Source of the DNA: Sphyrna mokarran
Lineage: Eukaryota
DNA: 64,000 nucleotides
Reading direction: 5' to 3'
Assembly (NCBI GenBank): GCA_024679065.1
Contig: JAGIQG010000021.1
Coordinates: 30,256,001 to 30,320,000, forward strand
Under the pieces are notes generated by a model. The model ran no database searches and had not been told where the DNA came from. It saw nothing but the letters and a program-made list of their open reading frames with translations. How positions within the stretch are numbered: position 1 is the first letter of the stretch; each line of letters starts with the position of its first letter. Shown here in pieces: positions 26,460 through 39,305 of the stretch. Made by a program: the position numbers and the translations under genes.

Positions 26460-26870
26460 ATCAGAGACAGCTGCTGTTTGGTTTGTTACTGATGGAGAAT
26501 CAAAAGCTCACAGGAAGCCTAATCGTTTTTTGCAAAGGATCAAAAATTTGAGCAACAGGTGAAGCTAGCAGTTATTAAACAATAGCAATTCAAGTGACAT
26601 TTCCCACTCACAGATTGTTGCCATCAAGCCAAAAACATGTTCTGCCTAGCACACAGAGTAATGTGGTAGATAAATTTCTGTGCTATGTCTTATCTGCTGT
26701 GTAGGCGGTACGTTCCAGCATCTGGTGGATTGTATCAACAGCACAGCTGTTCACAACACTGACATTCTGCAACCAACTTGTGCTTGGAAAAGTCAGAATG
26801 TAATGTCCAACATTAGATGTGATTTTGCAATTAGATAACATTTACTTCCCAGTGCTGATTGTGAGAAGGA
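26460..26870. promoter_or_regulatory. Candidate lymphoid enhancer about 4.6 kb upstream of the CD7 ATG
   Basis: Non-repeat segment with clustered E-boxes, ETS, RBPJ, RUNX and GATA motifs; motif evidence only. Confidence 0.3.
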
Positions 26871-28264
26871 TTACACCAGCAACCAATTTAAGATTGTCAT
26901 TTGTTGTCACAGTGTAGCTCAATTATGTATGCTAGAAGCTACGTATATATTCACACACACCCCAGCCCTTTACAAACATAAAGAACAAGTCCATGCCTTT
27001 TTCAGAGAAACAAAAAGTTAGGGCACAGCCATTCGTTAGTCCATTCTTCATATTCTATACTACCAAGTGACTTACTCATTTGTACATAGCATTGCTTTCA
27101 GTTTGGATGTTGCTGTCCAGATATTGTATAGGGTCAGGATCAAAGGAGAGCTGGTTACATAATATGAATGACCAGGGTTGTGTGTAATTGTCTAGCAAAC
27201 CTGTGATTGCAAACCTGGGCTTTTGTGTTCTTTACAAATATAGTCAGTGAGTATGCAAGCCAGGAACTTTTGCTCAACCTATGAAAAACAGTTTGAACCC
27301 ACTCTGACTATGGTTCCCAATTCTGGGCACCCAAGGGATATGAAGGGGAGAGATTAAGGGGCCTAGAAACAGATTTATGACCTTGGTCCTGCGTCTTCCT
27401 TACCAGTTCTCCACTACTTCTATGTTTATATGTGACCTTATTCTGGAAAAGAGAAGCAAATTGCCAGTGAGTACTGAGGTTTCTGCCATAGATAAATAGA
27501 TTGAAGTATATTGCTTGCATTTTGTTGCCCATTCCTAATTGCCCTGATAGGCCATTTCAGAGGGCATTTAAGAGTCATCTACATTGCTGTAGATCTGGAA
27601 TCACGTGAAGGCCAGACCAGATAAAGACAGAAGATTTCCTTTCCTAAAGGACATTAGTGAACCAGATGAGTTTTTATGACAATTGACAGTGGTTTGATGA
27701 TCCTAGCCATTTGCTGAATTCAGATTTCACCATCTACCGTGGCAGGATTAGAACCCATTTCTCCAGATCTCTGGATTACTCATCCAGTGACAATATCACT
27801 ATGCTACCGTCTCACCCCTTGTAACTGTGCCATGAGGCAAGCTCATTGTAGGTGAGCATCCCTAACCTGTTCAATGAAGTCTTTCACTGAGAACACACTG
27901 ATGAAGCATTGCTTTCCTTATACATGAGATAGTGTGGAAGCTGCAATAAGTGGGTGTGAGGCTGAGAGTATTACCGTGAGCATGAAGTGGAAGATCTGAA
28001 TTTTTGGCATAAACCCTGACCTCTGATAAGTGATTGATGGAATGATTAGCAGCACAAAAGACTGGTGTTGCATTGGGTAGAGCATTTGAAGAAGAATTCA
28101 CTGGTCTTAACCATTCACGTGAAGTCACTGATCTCTGTGCAGCACTGTAAATAGGTCCTTAGGGCGATTCTTGTGCAATTTCCCAAAAAGGTTTACAAAT
28201 ATTTCTTCTTCCATCACAACCCATTTCTTCTGAGATCTTCTGATTCTGACTGAAGCAGAAATGG

Positions 28265-28479
28265 TGCAGAGATGCCAGTGTTGGACTGGGGTAAGAAGCC
28301 TCACAACACCAGGTTAAAGTCCAACAGGTTTATTTGGTCGCAAAAGCCACTAGCTTTCGGAGTGTCGGCTGCCTCAGCCACTCACCTGATGAAGGGGCAG
28401 CAGCGCTCTGAAAACTAGTGGCTTTTGCTACCAAATAAACCTGTTGGACTTTAACCTGGTGTTGTGAGACTTCTCAGTG
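28265..28479. mobile_element. Penelope-derived hairpin element, 14-bp TSD
   Basis: Inverted arms (ctcacaacaccaggttaaagtccaacaggtttatttgg and its reverse complement); TSD tgaagcagaaatgg at 28251-28264 and 28480-28493. Confidence 0.85.
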
Positions 28480-28565
28480 TGAAGCAGAAATGGGCAGCAA
28501 AGCATGCCAGGAAAAGTGCAGTGAACATAGGCGAATAATTTTCTTGAACCAATATTTGTTAACAC

Positions 28566-29690
28566 TTCTCTGAAGGTGGCAAAGCAAGTGGAGAAGGTTG
28601 TGAAGAAAGCATATGGTATGTTAGCCTTTATAGGAAGGGGTATAGAGTACAAGAGCTGGCCTTTAATGTTGCAGTTGTATAAAACGTTGGTTAGACCTCA
28701 TTTGGAATACTGCGTCCAGTTCTGGTCGCCTTACTACCGGAAGGACGTGGAGAGTCTGGAGAGAGTGCAGAGGAGGTTTACCAGGTTGCTGCCTGGTATG
28801 GAAGGTCTGAGTTACGAGGAGAGGTTAGGCAAATTGGGACTGTTTTCCTTAGAAAGACATAGACTTAGAGGAGATCTGATAGAGGTGTACAAGATTATGA
28901 GAGGTATAGATAGAGTAAACAGGGTTAAGCTTTTTCCTAGATGGACTCGAATAGCACGAGGGGTCATGGGCTTAGGTTGAAGGGGGTAAGGTATAATTTG
29001 GATGCTAGAAGGAGTTTTTTCACACAGTGGGTGGTGGGGGTATGGAATGCACTGCCAAGTAAAGTGGTGGAGGCAGGTACTCTGGAGTTATTTAAGAAAT
29101 ACTTAGATGGGCACATGAACAGAGTGGGAATGGAGGGGTATAGGAAACTAATTTAAAATAGGGATCATGAGCCTTGGGAGTCCCTGGGAAGTGTGTAAAT
29201 AGATGATGATATTGATGTACTTGTTTTTATTCTACAGGTGCTTTGGTCCACCTTGTTGTCTAACGAGGGGCATACACGCGATGGGTCGTGAGAGGGCTGC
29301 TCTTGGATTTTTTTCGAGAGTATCCTAGTGCTTCACGTCATTAGTGTACGCTTGACCTGGACCATTTGATGGGCAACACGACAGCTCAGTGACTATCGCT
29401 GTGCTGCGCAGATACATGGATTTGGGCCTGTGTCTGTGGGAGTTTGTGCATTCTCCCTGTGCTTGCGTGGATTCTCTCCGGGCGCTCCAGTTTCCTCCCA
29501 CATCCCAAAGATGTGCTCTTAGCCTAATTGGCAAAACAAATTCTCCCTAAATTGTCTCAAATTTGGTTTTTAATCCATAGATCTATAAACATGGACAGAG
29601 ATCACGGGTAGAGGTGGGAACATTGGGGTGGCGGCACGGGCTCGTTGGGCCGAAGGGCCTGTTTCCCGTGCTGTTTTGTTCTTTGTTCTA
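28566..29690 (+). mobile_element. 5'-truncated CR1, near-identical sibling of about 23976-25092
   Basis: ORFs 28576-29156 are almost identical to those at 23790-24565; same 3' UTR including the SINE segment. Confidence 0.95.
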
Positions 29691-30449
29691 TTTTATTACA
29701 ATGGATTCAAAAATTTGATGTTATCCTAAATAGAATTAGCACATTATAACTAGCTTTAACTATTATTTAGACATGATGTAAATCTTCTCCAAAAAATGTA
29801 ATCTATAATTGTTTTAATAAACAAATGTAAAAACGTAGAAGCCTTCACTAGCCCATATAAAACAACAACATTGTAGGATTTTAAGTTCGGATTCTAAGTG
29901 TTGATATTCATAAACTTATTAGAGGGTTTATTCTATTATAAAATACCATTAGGCATACTCTATCCTGAGATAATTATGCTGGTTTTGGAAACTCCTGGGA
30001 GGAAGGAGATTTCATTTTAGATCCAGTCTATAGATGGCTATGCTGCCTATAATGATTTGAAATTTCTTTTAAGTTGAGGTTTTAAGAAAACAATAATTTA
30101 AATAATCCTGCCGCGGAGTAAAGATAGAGGAATCATTAACAGGAGTAGATGCCCATTATCTCTACTTTTTGTCTGCTGTTGCTCAGCCAATTTCTTAGGT
30201 AGTTCAATGATTGTCTTTAGTTCTATAAATGTCAATTTTAGTTGACAGCATGAAGAGGATTAAGCAAGGTCAGCTTAGTGAGCACCTCTGGGATGTAATG
30301 TGAGTGGTAGAATTTTGGATAAGCTGAGGTTTATATGGTAAAGAAAAGGAGACAAGGAAACATTGGAATAATCATTGCGGCAGAAGCAGCAACAAGATCA
30401 GGAATAATAAAGATAAGTAGTAAGGAAATAAATGATGGATCTGACAGTA

Positions 30450-30945
30450 TAGATTCATAAAGTCATAGATATATACGGCATGGAAGCAAACTCTTTGGCC
30501 CAATTCATCCATGCCAACCAGATTTCCTAACCTGAACTTGTTCCATTTGCCTGCATTTGGCCCATACCCCTCTATCCATGTATCTGGCCAAATGTTATTT
30601 ATATTATATAAATTTACCCACTTCTACCACCTCCATTGTCAGCTTATTCTATATTTGCACCACCCTCTGTGTGAAAAGGCTGTCACTCAGGTCCCTTTTA
30701 AATCTTTCCCCTCTCACCTTAAATCTATGTTCTCTCATTCTGGACTCCCCTGCTCTAGGGAAAAGATTCAACTCATCTAAGCCTCTCATGATTTTATAAA
30801 CCTCTATAAGATCACCCCTTGTTGTCTATAAGGCCTTTACAGCCTCCTCTTATAATTCAAACCTTCCGGTCGTGGTAACATCCTTGTAAATCCTTGTTGC
30901 ACCCTTTCCATGTTTAACAACATCCTTCCTATAGCAGGGCAACCA
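30450..30945 (-). mobile_element. CR1 3' fragment
   Basis: Reverse complement gives YRKDVV..RVQ, RGDLIEVYKIMRG and FTQRVV remnants. Confidence 0.75.
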
Positions 30946-32304
30946 AAGGATGGAGTTAGGATGGGTAAATGGCGGGATGTCCAGATGAGCTGTGATGGCA
31001 GAGAAAAATCATGTGTTGGATATTCTATTCCAATGACAATAACCTGCTCCTTACTAAATGGATTAGCGAATAATTAGTGATTACAATTAGTTTATGAATG
31101 TGTGTAGGAACATTATTTTTATATATCTTAACTAAATGGCAACACTGAGTGTTACGATATCTACTCTGATGTGGTATAAATTATGTTGCACGTCAGTTTG
31201 ATGCACTTTTATTTTCCAAGCGCATTCTCTTCCAGGAAGTTACCCTCCTAAAATGTCCCCAACCACCACTGTAATTCCCCCAGAGTTATTTTAGAATAGA
31301 CAGCAGCATAATAATATTCTGTCTGTATTCAATGTTGTTTTTGAAGTATCATTTCACTGGATTAATATTTAAAATCATGAAAATACAAGTGCCACACACA
31401 AAATACAGATTGTTTACATCTGTTGAGTGAGACTGTGACCTCAATGAAGGATAGGAATGTAGTTTCTCAGGCTGAATGGGAATCGGTAGGATGTTATCAA
31501 AGACTTGAACATATAAAAACCATTGAATAAAATATTGTTTTGTATGTAGGTCATAGGATTCAGCTCTGTAGTCTTGATTACAGCTGATGGGTTTGATGTT
31601 ATGACTGCTGGTTTAGGTAAAAGTGATGGCCAGCACCCAATTTCATGAAGGCAACAGCATGGGCAATACCAGCATGCAGATGCTTGACCTGTCATTTTTG
31701 AGCTTACCACTTCAGCTAATATTTTGTCTGAAACATTCGCAAGTAAACTCCTCCATCAGCGCCATTTGTAACTTCATCGTCCAACTCACAGGTTGCTTGC
31801 TTATTGTGATCAACTGGTTCTTGTTGAAGTGTGAAAGTAATGAGTGTTTGAAGGAGTTGCGGAAGGTTGGTAAAGCTGGAAGAGAGTAGTACTGGATATT
31901 AGAAGCTGCTGGAAAAACTGTAAATCTATCGCTTCCTTCCAACATGGGGGATTTCACTGAAGTCCTTCTTGGGCTGCAGCATCAGAGGAAGGTGAAACAG
32001 AGGCAGCAACAAAGGCAACGGAAAGTGCTAGAAGAAATTGGCAGCATTTTTGGAGAGTTAACATTTCAAGTCGAACATGATTGTACTTTGGAACAAGGAA
32101 CTAGCATCCAAAGAAGCTGCTGGTTTCAAAGAATCATCATATTGGTCATGAGAAAAGAACTCTCCACAATTGCTGCCCAACCTGCTGAATATTTCCAGCG
32201 AGCTCTGTTTTCATTTCAGATTTCTGGCACTTGCAGTATTTTGCTTTTAGCAAAGGCTAATCATAGAAGGAGGAGGAAGGATTTCAGCAGGGGTCTTTCC
32301 CCAC

Positions 32305-32678
32305 ATAGAGTGATAAAGGTCTACAGTTCAGCAAAAGTCTTTTGGCCCATTATGGCTGCAACAGTCAAAAACAATACTTCTTAAATTTTATGAGTGTTTC
32401 TACCTCCATCACACTTTCAGATGGTGAATTTCTTACTCCCACCTCCCTTTGGGTGAAAATGTTTTTCCTCACGTCCTTTCTAAACCTCCTGTCCCTTACC
32501 TTAAATCTATGCTCCTAATCATTGATCCCCCCACTAAGGGGAAAAGTTTCTTCCTGTCTATAATATCTATGCCCCTCAAAATATAATACATCTCAATCAT
32601 GGCCCACCTCAGTCTCTCTGCTTCAAGGAAAACAACCCCAGTCTATCCAATCTCTCTTCATAACTAAAACTCTCCAGG
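32305..32678 (-). mobile_element. CR1 3' fragment
   Basis: Reverse complement gives YEERLDRLGLFSL and FFTQR remnants. Confidence 0.7.
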
Positions 32679-33582
32679 GAACACTTTCATATCTGCACCT
32701 AAGCCGGTGACAGCATCGGTTTATTGACTGCAATTTACCAAGGAGGTGGTCGCCCACGTATGTTATACCTGGGCATCAGGCCTGCAGCCTCATTGTGAGT
32801 ATTTGTTACCATTGACCACTGCTCCCGGAATAGAAAAGAGAGTACAAAAAATATTGGGCTATTTACTCTCTACTGCTGCAGCCACACCAGTCACAGAGAC
32901 TTTATGTTCCAGAAATAGAGTTAATTCTCTAGAAGCAGCAAGATGAAAGAGGATTATCATAGAATAGAATTCCTACAGCACAGAATCACTAAACTTTACA
33001 AATGTCAGATAACCTCTTCTATTCTGATCAGCGAAATTTCATGGGTCTGATGTAATGATTCCAAGTGGCTGCCAATATCCACAAGGATTCCAGTCAAAAT
33101 GATATAACTTTGTAAAAATTATAATCCATGGATGGAGTTGATGCTACGAATCACTTCTCAAAGATCCTTAATATAGTTTGTTTTTAATTTGTTTTTTCAA
33201 CTCTCTCTTACTGTCATCCTCTTCCGCAAGTAGTAATTTTTCAACATTTGTTCACAACATTCTGATCTCGCCCAAACTGCTATTTCTTTGCATGGTGAAT
33301 GTCGGAAGACTGTTTATCATTAAAACTGTCACCCGATAGCCACACGTATGCATGTTCAACCAGGGTTTAGCTTTGGGAACTAAGTGAGGCAGTTGAAGTT
33401 AATTATAGGGCTATTGCTATGACTTTCAGAGCACCACACAAACAGGATTAACCACACCTTTTCGATCCACATGTTCTGTATTACATCATGTAGTGTTCTA
33501 ACTGTATGAGAGCTTGGTAGTGTTAGTATTACAGTTCATTTAGAGAGTTCTGAATTGCTATGTAAACTTACATATATATGGG

Positions 33583-34000
33583 GTGGTATATTGGCACAGT
33601 GATTAGCACTGATGCCTCAGGACCTGGGCTCAATTTCATCAATGGGTGACTGTCTGTGTGGAGTTTGCACACTCTCCCTGTGTCTTCATGAAATTCTTCT
33701 AGGTGCTCTGGTTTCCTCCCACAGTCTAAAGATGTGCAGGTTAGGTGAATTGGCTATGCCAAATTTATGCTTAGTATTCAAAGATACGTAGATTAGGGGG
33801 AATCAGCAAATTGCTCCTTAGTGTCCAAAGATGTGTAAGTTAGGTTGATTGGCCATGAAAAACTTACACTTAGTGTTCTATGATATATAGTTTAGGAGGG
33901 TCAGCAGTGTATTGACATGGAGTCACAGAGTAAGCCTGGGTAAGAGTTGGTGCACTCAATGGGCTGAATGGCCATCTTCTGTACTGTATGATTCTATGAT
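33583..34000 (+). mobile_element. HE1/V-SINE-type SINE with internal tandem repeats
   Basis: Repeated aaagatgtg..gttagg..attggc unit. Confidence 0.8.
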
Positions 34001-35105
34001 ATATATGCATGTTATAATATGAAACTATGGATAGTCATTGTAGGGGCACCAACTTTTGTTCCATTGCAAGGCTGACCAAGAATTTATCCTTGTCTTGCCA
34101 TTTAGCATGGATATATGTTGGACGATACTCAACCTCTTCCAAATGCATAATGGACTTCCTTTTCCATAAAGCCCTGGAATGAGCCTGGAATTTGGAGCTT
34201 TTGGCTCAAAGTCAGGGGCACTATCCATTCTTCCACAACCTGCCCCAAGTCTGAGAGCTTTAACTCACTTAAATCTCATCCTCATGTTGAAAATGTCTCC
34301 TGAACAGACTGCTTACAACGTTCCATGCTGATATTTATTATTCATAATCACAATGGTGAATTGCAGTAAGTCTTTCACTTGGTAAATAACACAATTTTTC
34401 CACAATAGATTTATAATAAAAATGTTGGCAGAGCGTTCCATAATAACCAGCCTGCCTGCCACTTGAAGGCAATAGTTTCACTGTTTTCAGTGAAGAAATG
34501 ACTCAAATAGACAATTAAAGAGAAAAACATCATGAACAGTCATTCCACGCACGGGGGTGTGGAAACCTTAAAAGCCCCACATAAAATTAAAACGAAACAG
34601 AACGCGACTGGGAAAACAATAAACTCAACTGAACAACTAGACTGAAGGAAAGCAAGCAAGTGAAACAACTCCCCCATTCTGTTCTGCTTACAATAGCTGT
34701 GCTTTTACTATTGGAAAGTCTGTTAAAAGTTTTGCACATCTTGGCTGGTGGAGGAGGAAGGAAGGACATAATAATGTCTGAAGTATCTTACAGTTTCAAA
34801 ACAACTTTCACTTCAGTTGAGATGCAAGCAGCTAAGCTGTGAAAATTTAGAAATGTACAATTAAAAATCACTTTTGATGTCAGCAATCTTTCCATCATCT
34901 ACTCATGCAGCAATCAACATGTTGCAAAGGATATTAATTCTTTGCCAACTCTTGGTGAAACTGGGTTTGCAATTTTCAACACCAAAGAATTAGGAGAATT
35001 TAGGCAATGGTAAATAAAATGTTACAACTTTATTAGAAGTACCTCAACAGTTTAAAAAAAAGAAAGCCAATCTCAAGGTACCCTGAAGCAATTGATAGTC
35101 AACGA

Positions 35106-35145
35106 ATCACTTCTTGGCCTTTTGGCTAAGATCAAGTGTAGTATC
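35106..35145 (+). pseudogene. U2 snRNA 5' fragment (nt 1-40)
   Basis: atcacttcttggccttttggctaagatcaagtgtagtatc matches U2 nt 1-40 with two CpG-type transitions; the rest of U2 is absent. Confidence 0.9.
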
Positions 35146-35382
35146 GACATGCTGTGCTTGGTTGAAGTCATTACGTTACATTTTAGCTTCATTTGAAGAA
35201 ATTTTTAAAAGCGGCATCTCGGCCTTTTGGCAAGATGCAAATGAGATCAAGCCTTGGAGGAGGAGTTATGCATAATCCAATCAGCTTGGATCATGTAAGC
35301 AAACCCAAGACAGAAGGTGAGAGCCCTCTCTTGTCAGCTTGAATCGGGAATGTCTCAACTTGTTGGACTTGATTTGACTGCT
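35106..35382 (+). mobile_element. U2-headed repeat of about 275 bp (Keno-like 5' end or SINEU-like)
   Basis: Body is homologous to the inverted copy at about 36762-37030. Confidence 0.7.
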
Positions 35383-35399
35383 CTTCCTTAAAGATGGCT

Positions 35400-35900
35400 A
35401 GGATCCCCTAATGTCCCCAAACACATCTGTCATGGACATTCCCTGGGAAACAGGTACAGACCTGCATGATGCATCTGATATTGTAGTCATTGATGGACTG
35501 GTATCCCTCGTGGCCCTATGCTACCCTGGAGACTGCAGGGTCACATGGGTGGTAGTCAATGACATCCTGCACCCAGGGCATGGTTGCTAATCGGGTGAAT
35601 CTAGTCCTGGTCCAAGTTGGTGTAAACATTGGCTGTGGCAAATACCTATGCGTGGCTAACTGGGAAAGACCCTCAGGTCGCCCATGCTGCATTGTAATGA
35701 ACCACTGGCATAGAAATTCAGAGCAGCAGCAACTTTAAGGGAAACAGACAATCGCTGATCTCCCAGTCCATGTGGTGCCAACTCTTGCATAACTTGGCAA
35801 AGGTGATCCATCATTCCCCCGGGACAGATGCAGTCTTCTCCAGCACTACAGCTCTGATATCTGGATGCAGGATGTTCAATGTTAGAAGGCTCTTTGTCAG
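35400..35900 (-). mobile_element. PIF/Harbinger transposase remnant
   Basis: LSVSLKVAAALNFYASGSLQCSMGDL (ORF 35656-36009) and a frameshifted VQxVIDxTHVxL motif near 35570-35535, both HARBI1-like. Confidence 0.75.
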
Positions 35901-36761
35901 TAGTATCATCTCTAAGGCTCCACCATCTGTGGTTCTTCTGTTGGAAGAGCAATGGGCTCAGCCTCCCCATCGTCTTCACGACGCTGGTGCTGTCTGTGTG
36001 CAGCAGCACATCAATGTTACTGTTATTGGTCGATCGTAATCAATAGAATTATCAGCTCAATTGGTTCCATGATTGTCCAGAATAGTAAACTGAAGGAAGA
36101 GAACTTCAAAGTGAGCGATGAATATTCCTGACTGTATTCTCAGCCCTCTTACACTTCTGAGATATCCACCCATGTGCTTCCCCTTCTGTGAGCGCTTCTC
36201 CACTAAGCCTCACTCTCTCCCGCCCTCCCCTTTCACGCAACACTCACTTCCCCACAGTTGTTTCTCTCACCTGAAGGAAGCTCAACAATCTCAGTGGCAA
36301 CTGATACCCTCTGACTACGCCCCACTCCTCACCCAACCCAAGCATTAGAGGACAGTACAATTAAGTACGTGCATTGGGTCAGTGTTTGAACCTCACAGGG
36401 TCCTCAAGGGTGTCTCATGTTATGACCTTGAATGTGATATTGAGTTCCACATCAATGTGATCACTCTAAACAGATGTAAGAATGAGCATTGGAGTTCTAT
36501 GCTTGGAATCAACGCTTTTGGATAAACAAGTTAAATTAATTCAAATAAAATGTTGGACCAAGTAAAAGGTGCAGCCCCTTAAAGCAATAGGCCAATATTT
36601 TCAAAAGGTTAAGAGCTTGGCTCCAATCAGCAAAGGGGACATGGGAGTGTTGCCTGAATGCCTGCTGCCAGACTCCTTTAAACCAAGGGACAGCCTGGCA
36701 TGAAGGGAAAGTAAGGCCTATAAGCAACTGCCTCCCTCTGAGATGACAATTTTTTTTAACC

Positions 36762-37030
36762 TAATTCAGTCCAATCCAAAGTTTCACCAGTGAGACATTT
36801 CAGATCCTAGCTGACAAAACAAGCTGACCGCTTCCTGTCTTGGTCTTGATCTACATGATCCAAGCAGATAGGAGCAGGCAATGTACCCCCTCCAGTGTTT
36901 AATCTCATTTGCATCTTATCCAAAAGACCTAGATGCTGTTTTAAAAAATTGCTTCTAATGAAGCCTCAGTGTAACCTCATTGACTTCTATCAAGTGCAGA
37001 ACTGCCGATATTACCTTTGATCTTAGCCAA
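36762..37030 (-). mobile_element. Second U2-headed repeat copy (U2 nt 17-40 at 37030-37007)
   Basis: ttggctaagatcaaaggtaatatc followed by the shared body (gcttcattagaag..aagatgcaaatgaga..gcttggatcatgta..ccaagacag..ttgtcagct..aatgtctca). Confidence 0.7.
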
Positions 37031-39305
37031 TTTTTTTAATTTCAAAAATATACTTTATTCATAAATACTCTGAAATAAACCAATGCAAAATAACATTTCT
37101 GATAATTACAAACAATGCGAAAAAAAGACAATCATATGTCCAATACTTTACGGTTTTCCGTTAGAAGACATTACATTCATTACTGTTCAGTTCTTCAAAC
37201 TATATACATTCATTACATTTCACTGTGCGCTGTTGTTGTTACACATTGGCACAGCTACACAGTCCAAGGGTGTTCTACAGTTACTGGGCCCTCGGTCTGC
37301 TTTGGGTGAAAGACTTTAAACTGTGGCCTTTTCCCATTGTGCTTCTGCAGCGATTGCCCCAAGCTTGAGACCATCCCTCAGCACATAGTCCGGGACCTTG
37401 ATATGTGCCAGCCTGCAACACTTGGTCAAGGACAAATGTTTGCACTGGAAGATTGGGCAGACCAATGTACATACTTCAGCAAGTTGATGACTCTCCAGCA
37501 GCAGTTGATACTTGTCTCAGTGTGCATCCCTGAGAACAGCCCGTAGAGCACAGAGTTTTGTGTTACCACACTGCTGGGAATGAAGCTTGAGAAATACTAC
37601 TGCATCTCACTCCAGACCTTCTATGCTAAGGCACATTCTACAGGCAAGTGTGTGACCATCTCATCACCTCCGCAGCCACTTCGACGGCAGCGTGTGGTAG
37701 TGTTGAAGCTTGAAGCATGCATAAAGGATCTGACAGGAAGCGCCCTTCTCACTACCAAACGAGCCAGGTTTTGTTATTTATTTGTAAGTTCTGATGATGA
37801 AGCATTCTGCCAGATGACACTGATAGTTTGCACAGGAAACCATCTGACAGGATCCACCATTTCCTTTTCTCTCAGGGTTTCAAAGACATGACACTGCTTG
37901 ATCGCCATTTTGTCAAAGGTGGAAAAATTTCTCCACGAAGGACAAGTGCTGCAGTAAGACTGAACACTTAGTGTTATGGCCAGACCCATCATCCGTAACA
38001 TTTGGGACAGGTACAACCTCAAAAGGTATTGGCATTTGGTGTGTGCATTGCAAGGCTCTACACACATCTAGATGCAGCCGCACACAAAAGTGGCCATCAG
38101 GATGAGAGTGGTGTTGGGAACATTTTTCCTTCATTCTCCAGAGGTTTATGCATTGCTTCTCTCTGGACACGATCCATCTTTGATCTCAAGATAAATTTGA
38201 AGGTGGCCTGCGTCACTGCTGCTGTGCAAGACTTGGAGAAGGACCAGACCTATGCCACATACAACAAAACAGACAGTAACTTACATTGGATGATCAGGTT
38301 TTTACCAGTGATAAAGAGAGACTGTTGTTCCCACAAGCCCAATTTCTGCCTTACTTGATGATGTGCTCTTCCCAGTTTCTGTCTCACGCCGCCACCGCAC
38401 CAAACCATAACGGTGAAGGGGACAAAGGATCTGTCGGCCCAGTTCCCAAAGAACATAGTTTCACTCTTGCTCCGATTGACTTGGTCTCCAGCCTAGTTCG
38501 AATTGCTCACAGACTTGGAGGATCTTGCGAATAGATGACAGGTCTGAGCAGAAGATGGCCAAGTCATCCATGCAGAGCAGGATTTGACCTGCGTGTCTCC
38601 GCTGCTTGGGATGGGAACCCCTTTAATGCCTGAGTCCTTTCTGATGGACTCAGCAAGGGATTCAATGCAACACACAAAAAGGATGAATGAGAGAGGGCAG
38701 CCCTGCCTGACTCCAGACTTGATCTGAAAACTATCTGACTCCCACCCTTTGACTGAGGCTGCACTACTGACGTCTGTGTAGAGCAGTTGGATCTAATTGC
38801 TGATTCCCTCCCTAAAGCCTATTTTGGAGAGCACATCCATCATATTTCTGTGTGATATTCTGTCAAACGCCTTCTTCTGGTCTAGGCTGATGAGGCCGCT
38901 TTCCACCTGCCTGTCGTGCATGTAGGTAATTGTATCCCTGAGCAGCACAAGGCTATCAGTGATCTTTCTGCCAAATTTGATTAGGATGGATCACTGACTC
39001 CAGAGCAAACTTGACCCGGTTGGCAATGACCTTGGCTAGAATTTTGTAGTCCGCGTTCAACAGTGAAATGGGTCACCAATTTCTAATTTCTTCCCTTTCC
39101 CCCTTTTGCTTGTTGATGAGGGTAATGATGTCTTTCCTCATGAATTCTGCCTTCCAGAAGCATACTCTCGGTATACTTCTAGCAGGACTGGGCCTGTCAC
39201 CTCCCACAACGCCGTTACTTGTGGGAGTTTTACGCTTTGAAAGTACTTGATGGCCTTTGTCAGCTCATCCAGAGATAACAGTCTGCCCAGACTCTCTCGC
39301 TTGCT
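37031..39305 (-). mobile_element. Tx1-clade (Keno-like) non-LTR retrotransposon, degenerate ORF2 3' half with poly(A)
   Basis: Reverse-strand motifs PISLLNADYKILAKVIANRVK (about 39070-39010), SLDQKKAFDRISH, GVRQGCPLS, CCIESLAESIRKDSGIKGV, CMDD, ITGKNLII; AATAAA and A-run at about 37059-37031 abutting a U2 fragment. Confidence 0.85.

Noticed and set aside
23976-29690. Near-identical 1.1-kb duplicate on either side of the gap as a segmental duplication or misassembly
   Set aside because: Identity is confined to the CR1, with different truncation points, flanks and scattered substitutions; independent young insertions fit better.
31441-31957. Minus-strand ORFs with GKLKN / RFPFSLR, reminiscent of a Gypsy pol N-terminus
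   Set aside because: Too degenerate; no RT core motif or LTR pair seen.
35106-35145. Functional U2 snRNA gene
   Set aside because: Only the first 40 nt are present; no Sm site or 3' stem-loops.
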